Virus record (IMG/VR): IMGVR_UViG_3300044723_000445
Location: 1 to 26,258 of that record
Reading direction: 5' to 3' (one strand)
DNA: 26,258 nt
Source: a virus
Lineage: Duplodnaviria; Caudoviricetes
The position numbers and the translations under genes were made by a program. The notes beneath the pieces were generated by a model. It searched no databases and was not told the origin of the DNA. It worked only from the letters and a program-made list of their open reading frames with translations. Position 1 is the first letter of the stretch. Each line of letters begins with the position of its first letter. Positions 16,677 through 25,063 of this stretch are shown here, in pieces.

Positions 16677-16874
16677 TTAAACAGAATAATCGTATTCTTT
16701 ATTATCAATAACAACTTTACCAAGATCAATGGAAGTTCTGTTTACGGCTGGACCTTTTCTAGCCGCACCATAACCATTACCGGTGGGTCTACCTGTGCAT
16801 TCCATTCTTTCTTCTTTATAACGATCAAAACCTTTTTTATCGTCTGAATAAATTTTATTGTTAATAATTTTCAT
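16677..16874 (-). CDS. Small hypothetical protein (65 aa)
   Basis: AAGGAG RBS; motif TGRPTGNGYGAARKG. Confidence 0.75.
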   Translation of the reverse strand: MKIINNKIYSDDKKGFDRYKEERMECTGRPTGNGYGAARKGPAVNRTSIDLGKVVIDNKEYDYSV

Positions 16875-16885
16875 AGTGATTCTCC

Positions 16886-17545
16886 TTACTGTGATCCCTG
16901 AACTAAAGTATTTGCTGATCCTGCAGGACTAGCATTATTTTGCATATTGTCTTGACGATTTCTTCTCGCCTGATTTCGTAATCCTTCTATAGCACCTTTA
17001 TATTCATTTGTGAACACAGCACTAAATGTTGTATCTTTCATATACAAAAATGCTTCAATCATCGAAGCATAAAATAAAGCATCGTAACAAAAGTCAGTAA
17101 AATAATTATTAGGTGTAGCAGATGTTAAAGTAGTTGGTCTTGCAACATAAACAACTTCACCTTGATATGCTGAAGTAGGAGTAGGTGCTAAATATATAGA
17201 AGAGTTATTAGCAACTGAGTAATACTTAGGAACTCCAGTTGAGGTATCAGCATAAGGCCAATAGTCATTAAGAAACTCTTCAGTTCTTTGAAGTAAATTA
17301 ATTTTGCTTCCACTAGCTCTTAGGTTGACATGCCTAATAATTCTTGTATCTTCTGCAACAGAAACAGTTTGATTGCTAACGACACAAGTAATAGAAACAG
17401 TGGTATTTAAACCAATATCATCCAGTTCTTTAATTAATCTATTTTCAGCTTTGTTTACAAATTTAGGAATTTGATTTACAAACTCTGTGCCTTTATTTTC
17501 TGATGTATTAATAATATCGTTTACAAGGTAGGTATAGTCAACCAT
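16886..17545 (-). CDS. Head-tail adaptor / tail tubular protein-like 1
   Basis: FVNKAENRL, TGVPKYY, LAPTP, ALFYASMIEA; second gene downstream of the capsid gene. Confidence 0.65.
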   Translation of the reverse strand: MVDYTYLVNDIINTSENKGTEFVNQIPKFVNKAENRLIKELDDIGLNTTVSITCVVSNQTVSVAEDTRIIRHVNLRASGSKINLLQRTEEFLNDYWPYADTSTGVPKYYSVANNSSIYLAPTPTSAYQGEVVYVARPTTLTSATPNNYFTDFCYDALFYASMIEAFLYMKDTTFSAVFTNEYKGAIEGLRNQARRNRQDNMQNNASPAGSANTLVQGSQ

Positions 17546-17550
17546 AAGCT

Positions 17551-17847
17551 TTATCCATAGTAAATATAGAATTTTCCACCATCGCTAGAGCCAGACAGTG
17601 AAACTTTTCCACTACATTTTACACCAATATCATTAAGATATACATTATCCATAGTGTTTGCTGTTAGTGCAGCATGTTTAATTCTAGTTCCATTCTGATC
17701 ACCAACCACTAATTCAGATGCAACCGTTACTGAAAAATTGTAAACTTGCACTCTGGTATCTGCAATCGTAACACTTGTTACCGCATCGACAAAAATACCG
17801 TTGCCTCCAGCACCACCCGTAACTTGGGCTAATCTAACATTTGACAT
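17551..17847 (-). CDS. Small beta-rich virion protein following the capsid gene (98 aa; possible decoration protein)
   Basis: ATG at 17847 with GGAG RBS (MSNVRLAQV...FYIYYG). Confidence 0.65.
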   Translation of the reverse strand: MSNVRLAQVTGGAGGNGIFVDAVTSVTIADTRVQVYNFSVTVASELVVGDQNGTRIKHAALTANTMDNVYLNDIGVKCSGKVSLSGSSDGGKFYIYYG

Positions 17848-17865
17848 ATAATTCTCCAATCAGAG

Positions 17866-17893
17866 TAAGAGGAGAGATTTCTCTCTCCCCTTA
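17866..17893 (-). terminator. Hairpin after the major capsid gene (probable leaky terminator or mRNA stabiliser)
   Basis: mRNA UAAGGGGAGAGA-GAAA-UCUCUCCUCUUA: 12-bp stem with one G-U pair and a GNRA loop, 8 nt after the stop; weak U-tract. Confidence 0.7.
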
Positions 17894-17901
17894 TCTTAAT
17901 T

Positions 17902-18852
17902 TTAGTTACCCTGATTACCAAAGAAACCTCTCCAATCGGAGAAACCAAAGCTATAACGCTCTCTAGCCTTAAAGCGAAGGTTGCCCGTATCGAAGTCAGG
18001 CTCCATCTTGGTCTGCAGTGGCGCACGAACAAACATCTTTGTACCGTTAGGAACATTCGTCTTAATGAACCAAGCGTCTGCATCAGTGAATCGACGGTTG
18101 ATAAACACACCCTTTGGAAGCATAGACATGCTCTGAATTGAGTTTACGTCATTCCAACCTGCAGGGTTGGTAGCAGCTTGTGATCCACCAAGAGTGGAAA
18201 CTGTACCAGAAGCAGGAATAAGAGTAGAGTTCAACAGTGCGTTTGATGTTGCCCAGTTATCGGGAGCAACATGAAGTGATTCTGCACTACCGCCAACGAG
18301 AATGCCACGATCATCCTTGATCTTCTGAATGGTCGTAAGGGCAGTCTCAAGTGAGGCAAACGAAAGGTCTGCCGCAGTAAGTAGGTTCGACTGTGTGCCG
18401 TTTACAGTTGGATGAGAAGCACTGAAAAGTGGTTGCCCATCACCGCCTGTATAGGCAGCATTAAAGCCATTGTTGAAAACATCTGCAGCTTTTACCTGCT
18501 TGGTGTTGCCCATTGCTCTTGCAAGGGCTTTAGCCCGAAGCTTGGCAAAAGTATCATACAGATTATCTTCCATAGCTTCTTCGGTAACAGCAAAAGCAAG
18601 TGCAATTGTTTCGTTAGTATAACGAGCAACATAGCTTTCGCTAGCTTCGTCATAAGTAACAGCAGCACCTTCTGCTTTTACTGGAGCATTACCGAAGCCT
18701 GTGAACAGAACTTCTTCTTCAAATGCCCGGTCTGAATTTTCAATTTCAAACAGCGGAACATGCTCATTCTCAACTTCCCCGTATTCCAAACCAAAAATAG
18801 CATTTAGACCGGGAAGTAGTTGTTTACTAATACTAGCTCTATTAATAGCCAT
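17902..18852 (-). CDS. Major capsid protein (HK97 fold)
   Basis: 316 aa; PGLNAIFGLEY, SDRAFEEEV..GFG.A.VK.EG, DGQPLFSASHP, DAWF, KARERYSFGFSDWRG; GGAGG RBS; downstream hairpin. Confidence 0.9.
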   Translation of the reverse strand: MAINRASISKQLLPGLNAIFGLEYGEVENEHVPLFEIENSDRAFEEEVLFTGFGNAPVKAEGAAVTYDEASESYVARYTNETIALAFAVTEEAMEDNLYDTFAKLRAKALARAMGNTKQVKAADVFNNGFNAAYTGGDGQPLFSASHPTVNGTQSNLLTAADLSFASLETALTTIQKIKDDRGILVGGSAESLHVAPDNWATSNALLNSTLIPASGTVSTLGGSQAATNPAGWNDVNSIQSMSMLPKGVFINRRFTDADAWFIKTNVPNGTKMFVRAPLQTKMEPDFDTGNLRFKARERYSFGFSDWRGFFGNQGN

Positions 18853-18865
18853 AATTTAACCTCCC

Positions 18866-19447
18866 TTAAATACCAGATGGTGCAGACAGAACAGCGTCTA
18901 CATGTTTAACAATACGAACTTCAACGACAGGGAATGCTCTTTCAGCAGAAACAGCAATATCATTACCCGGAACGTCCTCAACACTAATAGGTCTTACTGG
19001 AAGAATAGTGGTGTTACGAGTTGAAGCTTTAATACCAAACCCAGATTCACCTGTAAAGGTGCTGCCTGCGCCTAGAGTCAAGCCGAAGTTCAACTGGTTG
19101 ATATCACCTGCACTGAGCGAAGCATCCGCTTGGATGAAATAAGTTGAGGCAGGGTTAGTATCTACCATTGCTTTAATATTAGAAGCACTGGTATTGGCTG
19201 GCCAATATTGCTTGAATTTTGGCTCACCGTTTTCTTCATAATAGACTCCCTGAAAAATACCAACTGCATAGTCAGCATCCGCCGAAACGGGTTCAATATT
19301 ACCAAGGCTTGTCTTTACCAAGTCACCTGTGAAGATGTTTCTTGCATCCCCAGAAGCGATAGGTAATTCGTCTACGCCAGTGGAGTTAGTACCTGAACCA
19401 CGTTTACGAGCAGGAAGGAAGCCACGAAGATTTTTAGTGGTAGACAT
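18866..19447 (-). CDS. Head-associated protein upstream of the capsid gene (possible cement/decoration protein)
   Basis: 193 aa, beta-rich, IFTGDLV, VGIFQG; strong AAGGAG RBS. Confidence 0.55.
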   Translation of the reverse strand: MSTTKNLRGFLPARKRGSGTNSTGVDELPIASGDARNIFTGDLVKTSLGNIEPVSADADYAVGIFQGVYYEENGEPKFKQYWPANTSASNIKAMVDTNPASTYFIQADASLSAGDINQLNFGLTLGAGSTFTGESGFGIKASTRNTTILPVRPISVEDVPGNDIAVSAERAFPVVEVRIVKHVDAVLSAPSGI

Positions 19448-19484
19448 ATTGTCTCTCCTTTCCTAGTTGCACCGTTCCCTGTTA

Positions 19485-19985
19485 TTATTCTTGAAAACTA
19501 GGTCGTCTTCCTTTAGTAACAGTCGAACGATTATTATTTGTGATAGGCATACGAGAATCTGAATTTCTTTCTAATTGAGCATTCACTGCATCCATTAGTT
19601 CTTTACTCTTATTCTCATAATACCGTTTACGAGCAGCAAGCTTGCCAAGGGGCATTTTAGCCAAAGCTAAGTCTCCACGACAGACTGTACCAGCATACCG
19701 CCCTTCCTCTTGAACGATAGAGGACATAGATAATTCAGGAACTTCTTCAGGGTCTACAAAAGTCCAACCTTCTGCTTGTTTCTTACCAACATTCTGGTAA
19801 TCATCTTGGTTGCGTAATGTAATACGAATCCATCTTAGACCCATTCCCTCATTTTCAAAGCGTCTATATACGCTCTCAGGAATCTCTAGAGCATTAGGCT
19901 CTTCATAGGTCCATTCGGTTTCTTCTCTAGAATTATGTTCTCTTGTATCAATGCTACGTTCTTTAATTTCTTTCCGTGTATCCAT
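19485..19985 (-). CDS. Conserved hypothetical head-region protein (166 aa)
   Basis: Likely ATG at 19985 with GGAG RBS; RWIR, EGWTFV..EE.PE, GDLALAKMP motifs. Confidence 0.75.
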   Translation of the reverse strand: MDTRKEIKERSIDTREHNSREETEWTYEEPNALEIPESVYRRFENEGMGLRWIRITLRNQDDYQNVGKKQAEGWTFVDPEEVPELSMSSIVQEEGRYAGTVCRGDLALAKMPLGKLAARKRYYENKSKELMDAVNAQLERNSDSRMPITNNNRSTVTKGRRPSFQE

Positions 19986-19989
19986 TTTA

Positions 19990-20973
19990 CTATACTCCAC
20001 GCTTAAATGTTATATCTGTATATTCACTGTCTGATTTATCAACTTTTAGTTTCTCAGCAGCATATACCTCAAGTGGTATGTTCCATTTCTGAGCTAGTCT
20101 CACATCTTCTTGAGATAGCTTTATCTTTTTATTAGAACTGGTGGGACTGCGTGATGTTCCCGCCACCACCTGAGAGGGTTGTCGAGTTGTGCTAGCTTCA
20201 ACACTCTCTTCTTTATCAAACTTATGTGGAAATTCATTCCGTAGTCTACGATCAATCTCTTTATAAAAATCTTGTTCTTTAGGATCATAACCTGTTTGTT
20301 TTAGATCTGCATCAATTGCATAAGCTGCTGCAGTCATAACTGAATCCTTACCGAACCATTCATTATTTTCTACCCAATCAACCGCTAACGCATCAGGTTG
20401 TTGAGGAGCTTGTTGTTGTACTTGTTGTTCTTCTTGAGCTGCATGTTGTTTTTCATAATCCTCTAGTGCATATTGATGTCTTTGTAGATCATTAATATTA
20501 TTTGATGCCCTTTGAAGTACATCCAAAGCTGCTAGAGTTCTCTCTGGATCACCAGAATTATAAGCTTCAATATAATCATTTTTGGCTAGTGCCATCTGTT
20601 CTTCTAATTGTTTTTGAGAAACTGATGAATTAGCCTTTTGAGTATCAACATACGTTCTCTCCATATTTCTTAGATTTTTTTCTAAATCTGTTTTTTCTTG
20701 TAGGAGAGCTTGAATACGCTCGTCTCTTTCTTTTCGTTGTCTAACAAGATTTCTAATTCTTTTTTGAGCGCCTGATGTTTCAATACCATCAAGCTCTTTA
20801 ATAGGTTCTTTCTTTGCTTCTTCTAATTCTTTTTTAGGTTGTTCGATCTCCTCTGCTGTTTCAACTTCAGTAGATTGCTCGATCACCTCCTTTTCATTAG
20901 AATTATCTTCAACTTCAAAATCAACCTTCTCTGGAATAGTAACGTCACTCCATTCCGAATTTTCATCACTCAT
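19990..20973 (-). CDS. Capsid scaffolding protein
   Basis: Acidic N-terminus, long coiled coil (AQKRIRNL), WVENNEWFG, C-terminal KLSQEDVRLAQKWNIPLEVYA; lies between portal and capsid genes. Confidence 0.75.
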   Translation of the reverse strand: MSDENSEWSDVTIPEKVDFEVEDNSNEKEVIEQSTEVETAEEIEQPKKELEEAKKEPIKELDGIETSGAQKRIRNLVRQRKERDERIQALLQEKTDLEKNLRNMERTYVDTQKANSSVSQKQLEEQMALAKNDYIEAYNSGDPERTLAALDVLQRASNNINDLQRHQYALEDYEKQHAAQEEQQVQQQAPQQPDALAVDWVENNEWFGKDSVMTAAAYAIDADLKQTGYDPKEQDFYKEIDRRLRNEFPHKFDKEESVEASTTRQPSQVVAGTSRSPTSSNKKIKLSQEDVRLAQKWNIPLEVYAAEKLKVDKSDSEYTDITFKRGV

Positions 20974-21023
20974 TTAATTTTCCTTTTATACGCTGTTTCG
21001 ACACAGGCGGTTACGAATAATTT

Positions 21024-21052
21024 ATTATACAATATAATTTTAACTGGTGCAA
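21024..21052 (-). promoter_or_regulatory. Sigma70-type promoter upstream of the scaffold/capsid genes
   Basis: TTGCAC (21052-21047), 17-nt spacer, TATAAT (21029-21024). The -35 box is part of the palindrome GTGCA-N2-TGCAC. Confidence 0.75.
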
Positions 21053-21057
21053 CTGCA

Positions 21058-21480
21058 CTAGTTAGATAAATTAAAAGTTGGGTCTAAATCTTTTGGATTT
21101 TCAACTCGCATAATAATTTGGTCATCATATAAAAGAATTAGTTTAACTCCTTTATAATGAAGCTTAATACCTGCATTTTTACCATAGCATACATAATCAC
21201 CTTCTGCACACCAAGGAATATCTGCAAATTTATTTGTATCTTTATATGCGAGATTACCAACTTTTAAAACTTTTCCTACAGTTGTAAGATAAGCAATATC
21301 ATCTTTTGTCGAGTCTGGTAAAAAAATACCACCCTTAGTTTTACTTTTAACTGAGATTGGTCTGACTAAAACATGATAGCCTGGAATATCTGGTAGAATA
21401 TCTGGATCAGGATTATCTTCTTCAAATCCCGTAATCCATTGATCATTCTGAATAGCTTTACTTAAAGCTTGAACTTGCAT
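21058..21480 (-). CDS. groES: Phage co-chaperonin, GroES/Cpn10-like
   Basis: PGYHVLVRP, KTKGGIFLP mobile loop, GKVLKVG, GDYVCY..AG, LLYDDQI; about 30-aa N-terminal extension. Confidence 0.85.
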   Translation of the reverse strand: MQVQALSKAIQNDQWITGFEEDNPDPDILPDIPGYHVLVRPISVKSKTKGGIFLPDSTKDDIAYLTTVGKVLKVGNLAYKDTNKFADIPWCAEGDYVCYGKNAGIKLHYKGVKLILLYDDQIIMRVENPKDLDPTFNLSN

Positions 21481-21482
21481 GG

Positions 21483-21677
21483 TTAATTCTCCTCATTATC
21501 ATAGTATCGTTTTTTTACAATTGAAAGAATATTATTTCTTGCCCATGAAATTCCAGAATGGAACCCTACTAATTCTTTATATGTTGCGTAGTCGGAAGCT
21601 GCTCCTTCTACTAAGTTATTTTGTACTGAGGCCATTTCTTTTTCGTATGACTCAACAATTTCATCCCATAAATTCAT
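21483..21677 (-). CDS. Small helical hypothetical protein (64 aa)
   Basis: G.ASDYATYKELVG...G motif; tightly packed between the portal and GroES genes. Confidence 0.75.
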   Translation of the reverse strand: MNLWDEIVESYEKEMASVQNNLVEGAASDYATYKELVGFHSGISWARNNILSIVKKRYYDNEEN

Positions 21678-21860
21678 TTAGATAAATACTGCCCCAATAA
21701 TAAATGATGCTGCACCTACAATTAATACTTTTTTCCAAATACCACAAGGAGTTTGATGCCCTTCTGGTAGACAGCTACAGGAGCCACACCCTACAACTGT
21801 TTTAAATTTAAACATATATTTTTTACTAGAGGATTTAATCTTATCAATTAGCTTTGTCAT
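21678..21860 (-). CDS. Small Cys-rich protein with a C-terminal membrane anchor (60 aa)
   Basis: GCGSCSC...H..PC then VLIVGAASFIIGAVFI; AAGGA RBS inside the portal 3' end. Confidence 0.6.
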   Translation of the reverse strand: MTKLIDKIKSSSKKYMFKFKTVVGCGSCSCLPEGHQTPCGIWKKVLIVGAASFIIGAVFI

Positions 21861-24408
21861 TTTTTAGTTCCTTTATAAGATTTGTAATCGTTTTCATGCT
21901 TTCAGATTCAATCTTAGTATCTGAAGACATTTTATTTCCAGCCAATCTAGTAAGAAGTTCAGCGGCTTTATAAGTATTGTTATCTTCTAGCTTTTGTTCT
22001 TCCAAAGCTCCTTTAAGTAAAGTTTCAATAGCTTTAGTAGCCTGTTCTGCTTGAGTCTTTTCTAACTCTATAGCTCTATCTTGCTGCTTCTCGTTACCTT
22101 CTTTAATATATTTAATAACGATTTCGTTTTCGTCAATATCCAGTTCTCTATTTTTAAGAGCAGCAGTAGCAGCATCTTTAACCATCTGAGCTTGTAGCTT
22201 GTCTCTTTCAACTTGCAACTTCATATTTTCAATTTCAACAAGCTGTTGCTCTGGCGTTGGCTGCATCATCTGTGGATTATTAGCTTGAAGAACTTGTTGT
22301 GCAGCTTGCGCCATAGCAAACTCAATCATATCAGGTGTGATAGGTTGACCTTGTGGTACTTGATCTTTCATCGTCATAGCAACACCTTCAACCTGTTCTT
22401 TATATTTCATTACAACATGCTCCTGAATATTAGCCTGTAATACAGGAACAACTGCTCCCATTAATGGTTGACCACCAGTTGTTGGGTCTTGCATAAAAGC
22501 CATCTTAACTTGTATATGAGCATCATGATTCTGGCCCGGAAAAGCTCCAATAGGCTCACCTTTGATAGCAACTTGAATATCTGACAAAGGATCAAGGGGT
22601 CTAGGTTTCTTTTCTGGTGGAAGTATCTCATCTAAATTAGGCATGTTAGCTGCTTGCAGAATAGTCCTATTTAATGCTTCCATATTAAACATACCGGGAG
22701 GAGCTTGTTGGGCTAGCTGTAAAGCTAGCTGAGACAACATCATTCGGTGAGCATTAGAAGGAATATTTGGGTCGCTTACTGGGACAATATCAATTCTTCC
22801 ATCAAAATCTTTTTTAAGAACTTGTCTTGATATTCCCGGCACCTCAAATGGATATTCATTAGGCAGATAGTCATGATTGATTTGTGCTAAGATTTTTAAT
22901 TCGTTTTTCTGCGATTTATGAAGCCTTTTATGAATGGCAGAAAAGAATTTACTACTGGCTTCAAGTAGGGCCATCGTAGTACCAACGGGACCATAAGAGG
23001 CAGCGTCCGATACTACTTGTTCCGTTGTATCAGCAAACTTCTGTCCTGTTCCAATAACAAAATTAAGCATAGACAGAAGAGTATTGGATGGCTCTTTATA
23101 AGGTAACGGAACAATAGACTTAGATAAATCCATGCCTGTTGCTTCAACTTCTTTAAACTCACCGGGAGATATTGGATCATTATCACCAACAATTCTAACT
23201 CCTTTAGATTTAAATCCTCCCGGTAGATTAGCGAATTGACCCGCATCCACTAACGCTCTCATAGCTGCTGTTGCAGTCATCGTTAGATTACCAAGGAAGT
23301 GGATCAATCCTAGTCCGTAGAAACCAAAGCCCGGTACATATTTGTAATGGACAAAGTGCATTACCTTTTGTCTTGTTTTATCGTCAGGTCGATAGTTTCT
23401 ACGAATACTTAGAATTTGTTTTGATTGTTCTTCAATCGTTACAATATATGGAAGAGAGACACCCTCTTCATGTTCAGGGTCTTCTGGTAATTCAAGATAG
23501 CAATGCTGTTCTAGAAGAACATACTGATAATCAGAATCTGATGTTTGTGAAAGACCTAGAACTGTGTCTAGCTTGGTTGCCATAGAAGATTGTTCAGGAA
23601 CATATGCTTCAGGCAAATCAATATCTTTATACATTCCTACATCAATCTCTTTCATAAGATCAACAGGACTTCTGTATATTACATGAGTATATCTATCTGC
23701 TTTTCTTAGATCACTAGCGTAGTACGAAACATAAAACTGATCAATAGGTACAAACTCAGATACAGGACGCTCTAATGAAGCATCATAGTATGTTTTCTTA
23801 AATGCTGAACCAATAATAGGTAGGTGAAACAAAAGCCGTTCAGACTCGTCAAAGTATTCAGGCATTTGTTCTGTTAGCTGATAGTTCATAAACTCTTGAA
23901 CTCTTTCAGCTTGATCAATCTTATCAGGTGTTTGATTACCTAGTATTTGAGCTTTAACTGGACCTGCTGCAGGAAATAGTTCAAGAGAAGCTTTAGATTG
24001 AAACTTAACGGCTGATTCAATAAGAAGCGGATGAACAGCAGTACAAGCTCCTTCAAATGGTTCTGTTGCATCTTGAAGCTTTAGACCTAGAAGATCAAAG
24101 CCTCTTTCAAACATGCTCTCCCATTCGCTTCTAGAATCTCTATCAGATTCAAAATTATCATAAACTTTAAAAGCAATATTCTCTAGATCATTCTCATCTA
24201 TTTTATCAGCTAAATTTTCAAACCATTCTTTAATATCTGGCTTAGTTTCAATTTCAATACCTTCATCAAAACTTACAACCACACCACCGTCAGGATCGAG
24301 ATCAAAGGTAACATTCTTTTCAAGTTCAACAGATGCACCATTACTAGCATCAATCTCTATAATCTCTGCTTGAGGCATTCTCTCAAATGGATTTTTTTCA
24401 ACCGCCAT
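21844..24408 (-). CDS. Portal protein with a long Gln-rich helical C-terminal extension
   Basis: 854 aa; HPLLIESAVKFQ, GSAFKKTYYD, PGFGFYGLGLIH, DAGQFANLPGGFK, PVGTTMALLE, PVSDPN; follows the terminase. Confidence 0.9.
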   Translation of the reverse strand: MAVEKNPFERMPQAEIIEIDASNGASVELEKNVTFDLDPDGGVVVSFDEGIEIETKPDIKEWFENLADKIDENDLENIAFKVYDNFESDRDSRSEWESMFERGFDLLGLKLQDATEPFEGACTAVHPLLIESAVKFQSKASLELFPAAGPVKAQILGNQTPDKIDQAERVQEFMNYQLTEQMPEYFDESERLLFHLPIIGSAFKKTYYDASLERPVSEFVPIDQFYVSYYASDLRKADRYTHVIYRSPVDLMKEIDVGMYKDIDLPEAYVPEQSSMATKLDTVLGLSQTSDSDYQYVLLEQHCYLELPEDPEHEEGVSLPYIVTIEEQSKQILSIRRNYRPDDKTRQKVMHFVHYKYVPGFGFYGLGLIHFLGNLTMTATAAMRALVDAGQFANLPGGFKSKGVRIVGDNDPISPGEFKEVEATGMDLSKSIVPLPYKEPSNTLLSMLNFVIGTGQKFADTTEQVVSDAASYGPVGTTMALLEASSKFFSAIHKRLHKSQKNELKILAQINHDYLPNEYPFEVPGISRQVLKKDFDGRIDIVPVSDPNIPSNAHRMMLSQLALQLAQQAPPGMFNMEALNRTILQAANMPNLDEILPPEKKPRPLDPLSDIQVAIKGEPIGAFPGQNHDAHIQVKMAFMQDPTTGGQPLMGAVVPVLQANIQEHVVMKYKEQVEGVAMTMKDQVPQGQPITPDMIEFAMAQAAQQVLQANNPQMMQPTPEQQLVEIENMKLQVERDKLQAQMVKDAATAALKNRELDIDENEIVIKYIKEGNEKQQDRAIELEKTQAEQATKAIETLLKGALEEQKLEDNNTYKAAELLTRLAGNKMSSDTKIESESMKTITNLIKELKNDKAN

Positions 24409-24553
24409 TCTTATTCTTCCTTTTCGGATATTTATCTTTATATTTTAAATATAAGTACTCATTTAAACTTTGAAAGTAGTCATACCAATATTTAAAATTT
24501 TTTTCAACAGGTTTTTTTAAACTGTGATTGATACCCTTATCATAGTCCCACAA
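24398..24553 (-). CDS. Possible 51-aa Tyr/Lys-rich protein (TTG start; not in ORF track)
   Basis: Open frame MWDYDKGINHSLKKPVEKNFKYWYDYFQSLNEYLYLKYKDKYPKRKNKNGG fills an AT-rich gap and overlaps the portal start; weak start, no clear RBS. Confidence 0.3.
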   Translation of the reverse strand: MWDYDKGINHSLKKPVEKNFKYWYDYFQSLNEYLYLKYKDKYPKRKNKNGG

Positions 24554-24567
24554 AATAATTTCTAATA

Positions 24568-25008
24568 TTATTTAGAGTTCTTTACAATTGATGCACCGAA
24601 GTAAAGTCCTACTATTGCCGATACCAAATGAGTATCCAAAGGTGTAAGAACTAATCCTCGTAATGCTTGCCATTTTATAATTTCATTTCCTTCTGTAAGA
24701 AAGAAGAAGCCGGGATTAAATTCAGTATATCCTACTGTAACTAAAACATCAGGCCAAAAGACTGCTACAATCTTAGGCCAAACAATAATAGCTAATACAG
24801 CAGAGATTGCAATAACTCGTCTTGTAATCTGAAATCCTGTATTCTCATAACGTCTAGCAAGATCAGTTGCCTTTGATTGTTCTTTTAATCCTTCAATCGC
24901 TCTATTGAAAGCTTCTTGTTTTGCTTTCATACTTTGTGACCAAAGAGACATAATACCAGACAATAGTCCAGAGCCTAGCATTGTAATAAGTTCTAAAGGA
25001 AATCCCAT
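24568..25008 (-). CDS. Membrane protein, possibly holin-like (146 aa)
   Basis: Likely ATG at 25008 with AAGGA RBS; hydrophobic segments LITMLGSGLLSGIMSLW, VIAISAVLAIIVWPKIVAVF and LVSAIVGLYFGAS; basic C-terminus. Confidence 0.6.
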   Translation of the reverse strand: MGFPLELITMLGSGLLSGIMSLWSQSMKAKQEAFNRAIEGLKEQSKATDLARRYENTGFQITRRVIAISAVLAIIVWPKIVAVFWPDVLVTVGYTEFNPGFFFLTEGNEIIKWQALRGLVLTPLDTHLVSAIVGLYFGASIVKNSK

Positions 25009-25034
25009 GTACTTATCCTTCCGCAATTAAAATA

Positions 25035-25063
25035 ATTATAGCACTAAACTCTCCAGTATGCAA
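25035..25063 (-). promoter_or_regulatory. Sigma70-type promoter overlapping the terminase 3' end
   Basis: TTGCAT (25063-25058), 17-nt spacer, TATAAT (25040-25035) with an extended -10 (TGc TATAAT). Confidence 0.7.

Noticed and set aside
17829-18110. 93-aa alternative-frame ORF over the capsid 3' end, considered as a frameshift extension
   Set aside because: No clear slippery sequence seen; it would add only about 24 codons beyond the capsid stop and crosses the terminator-like hairpin.
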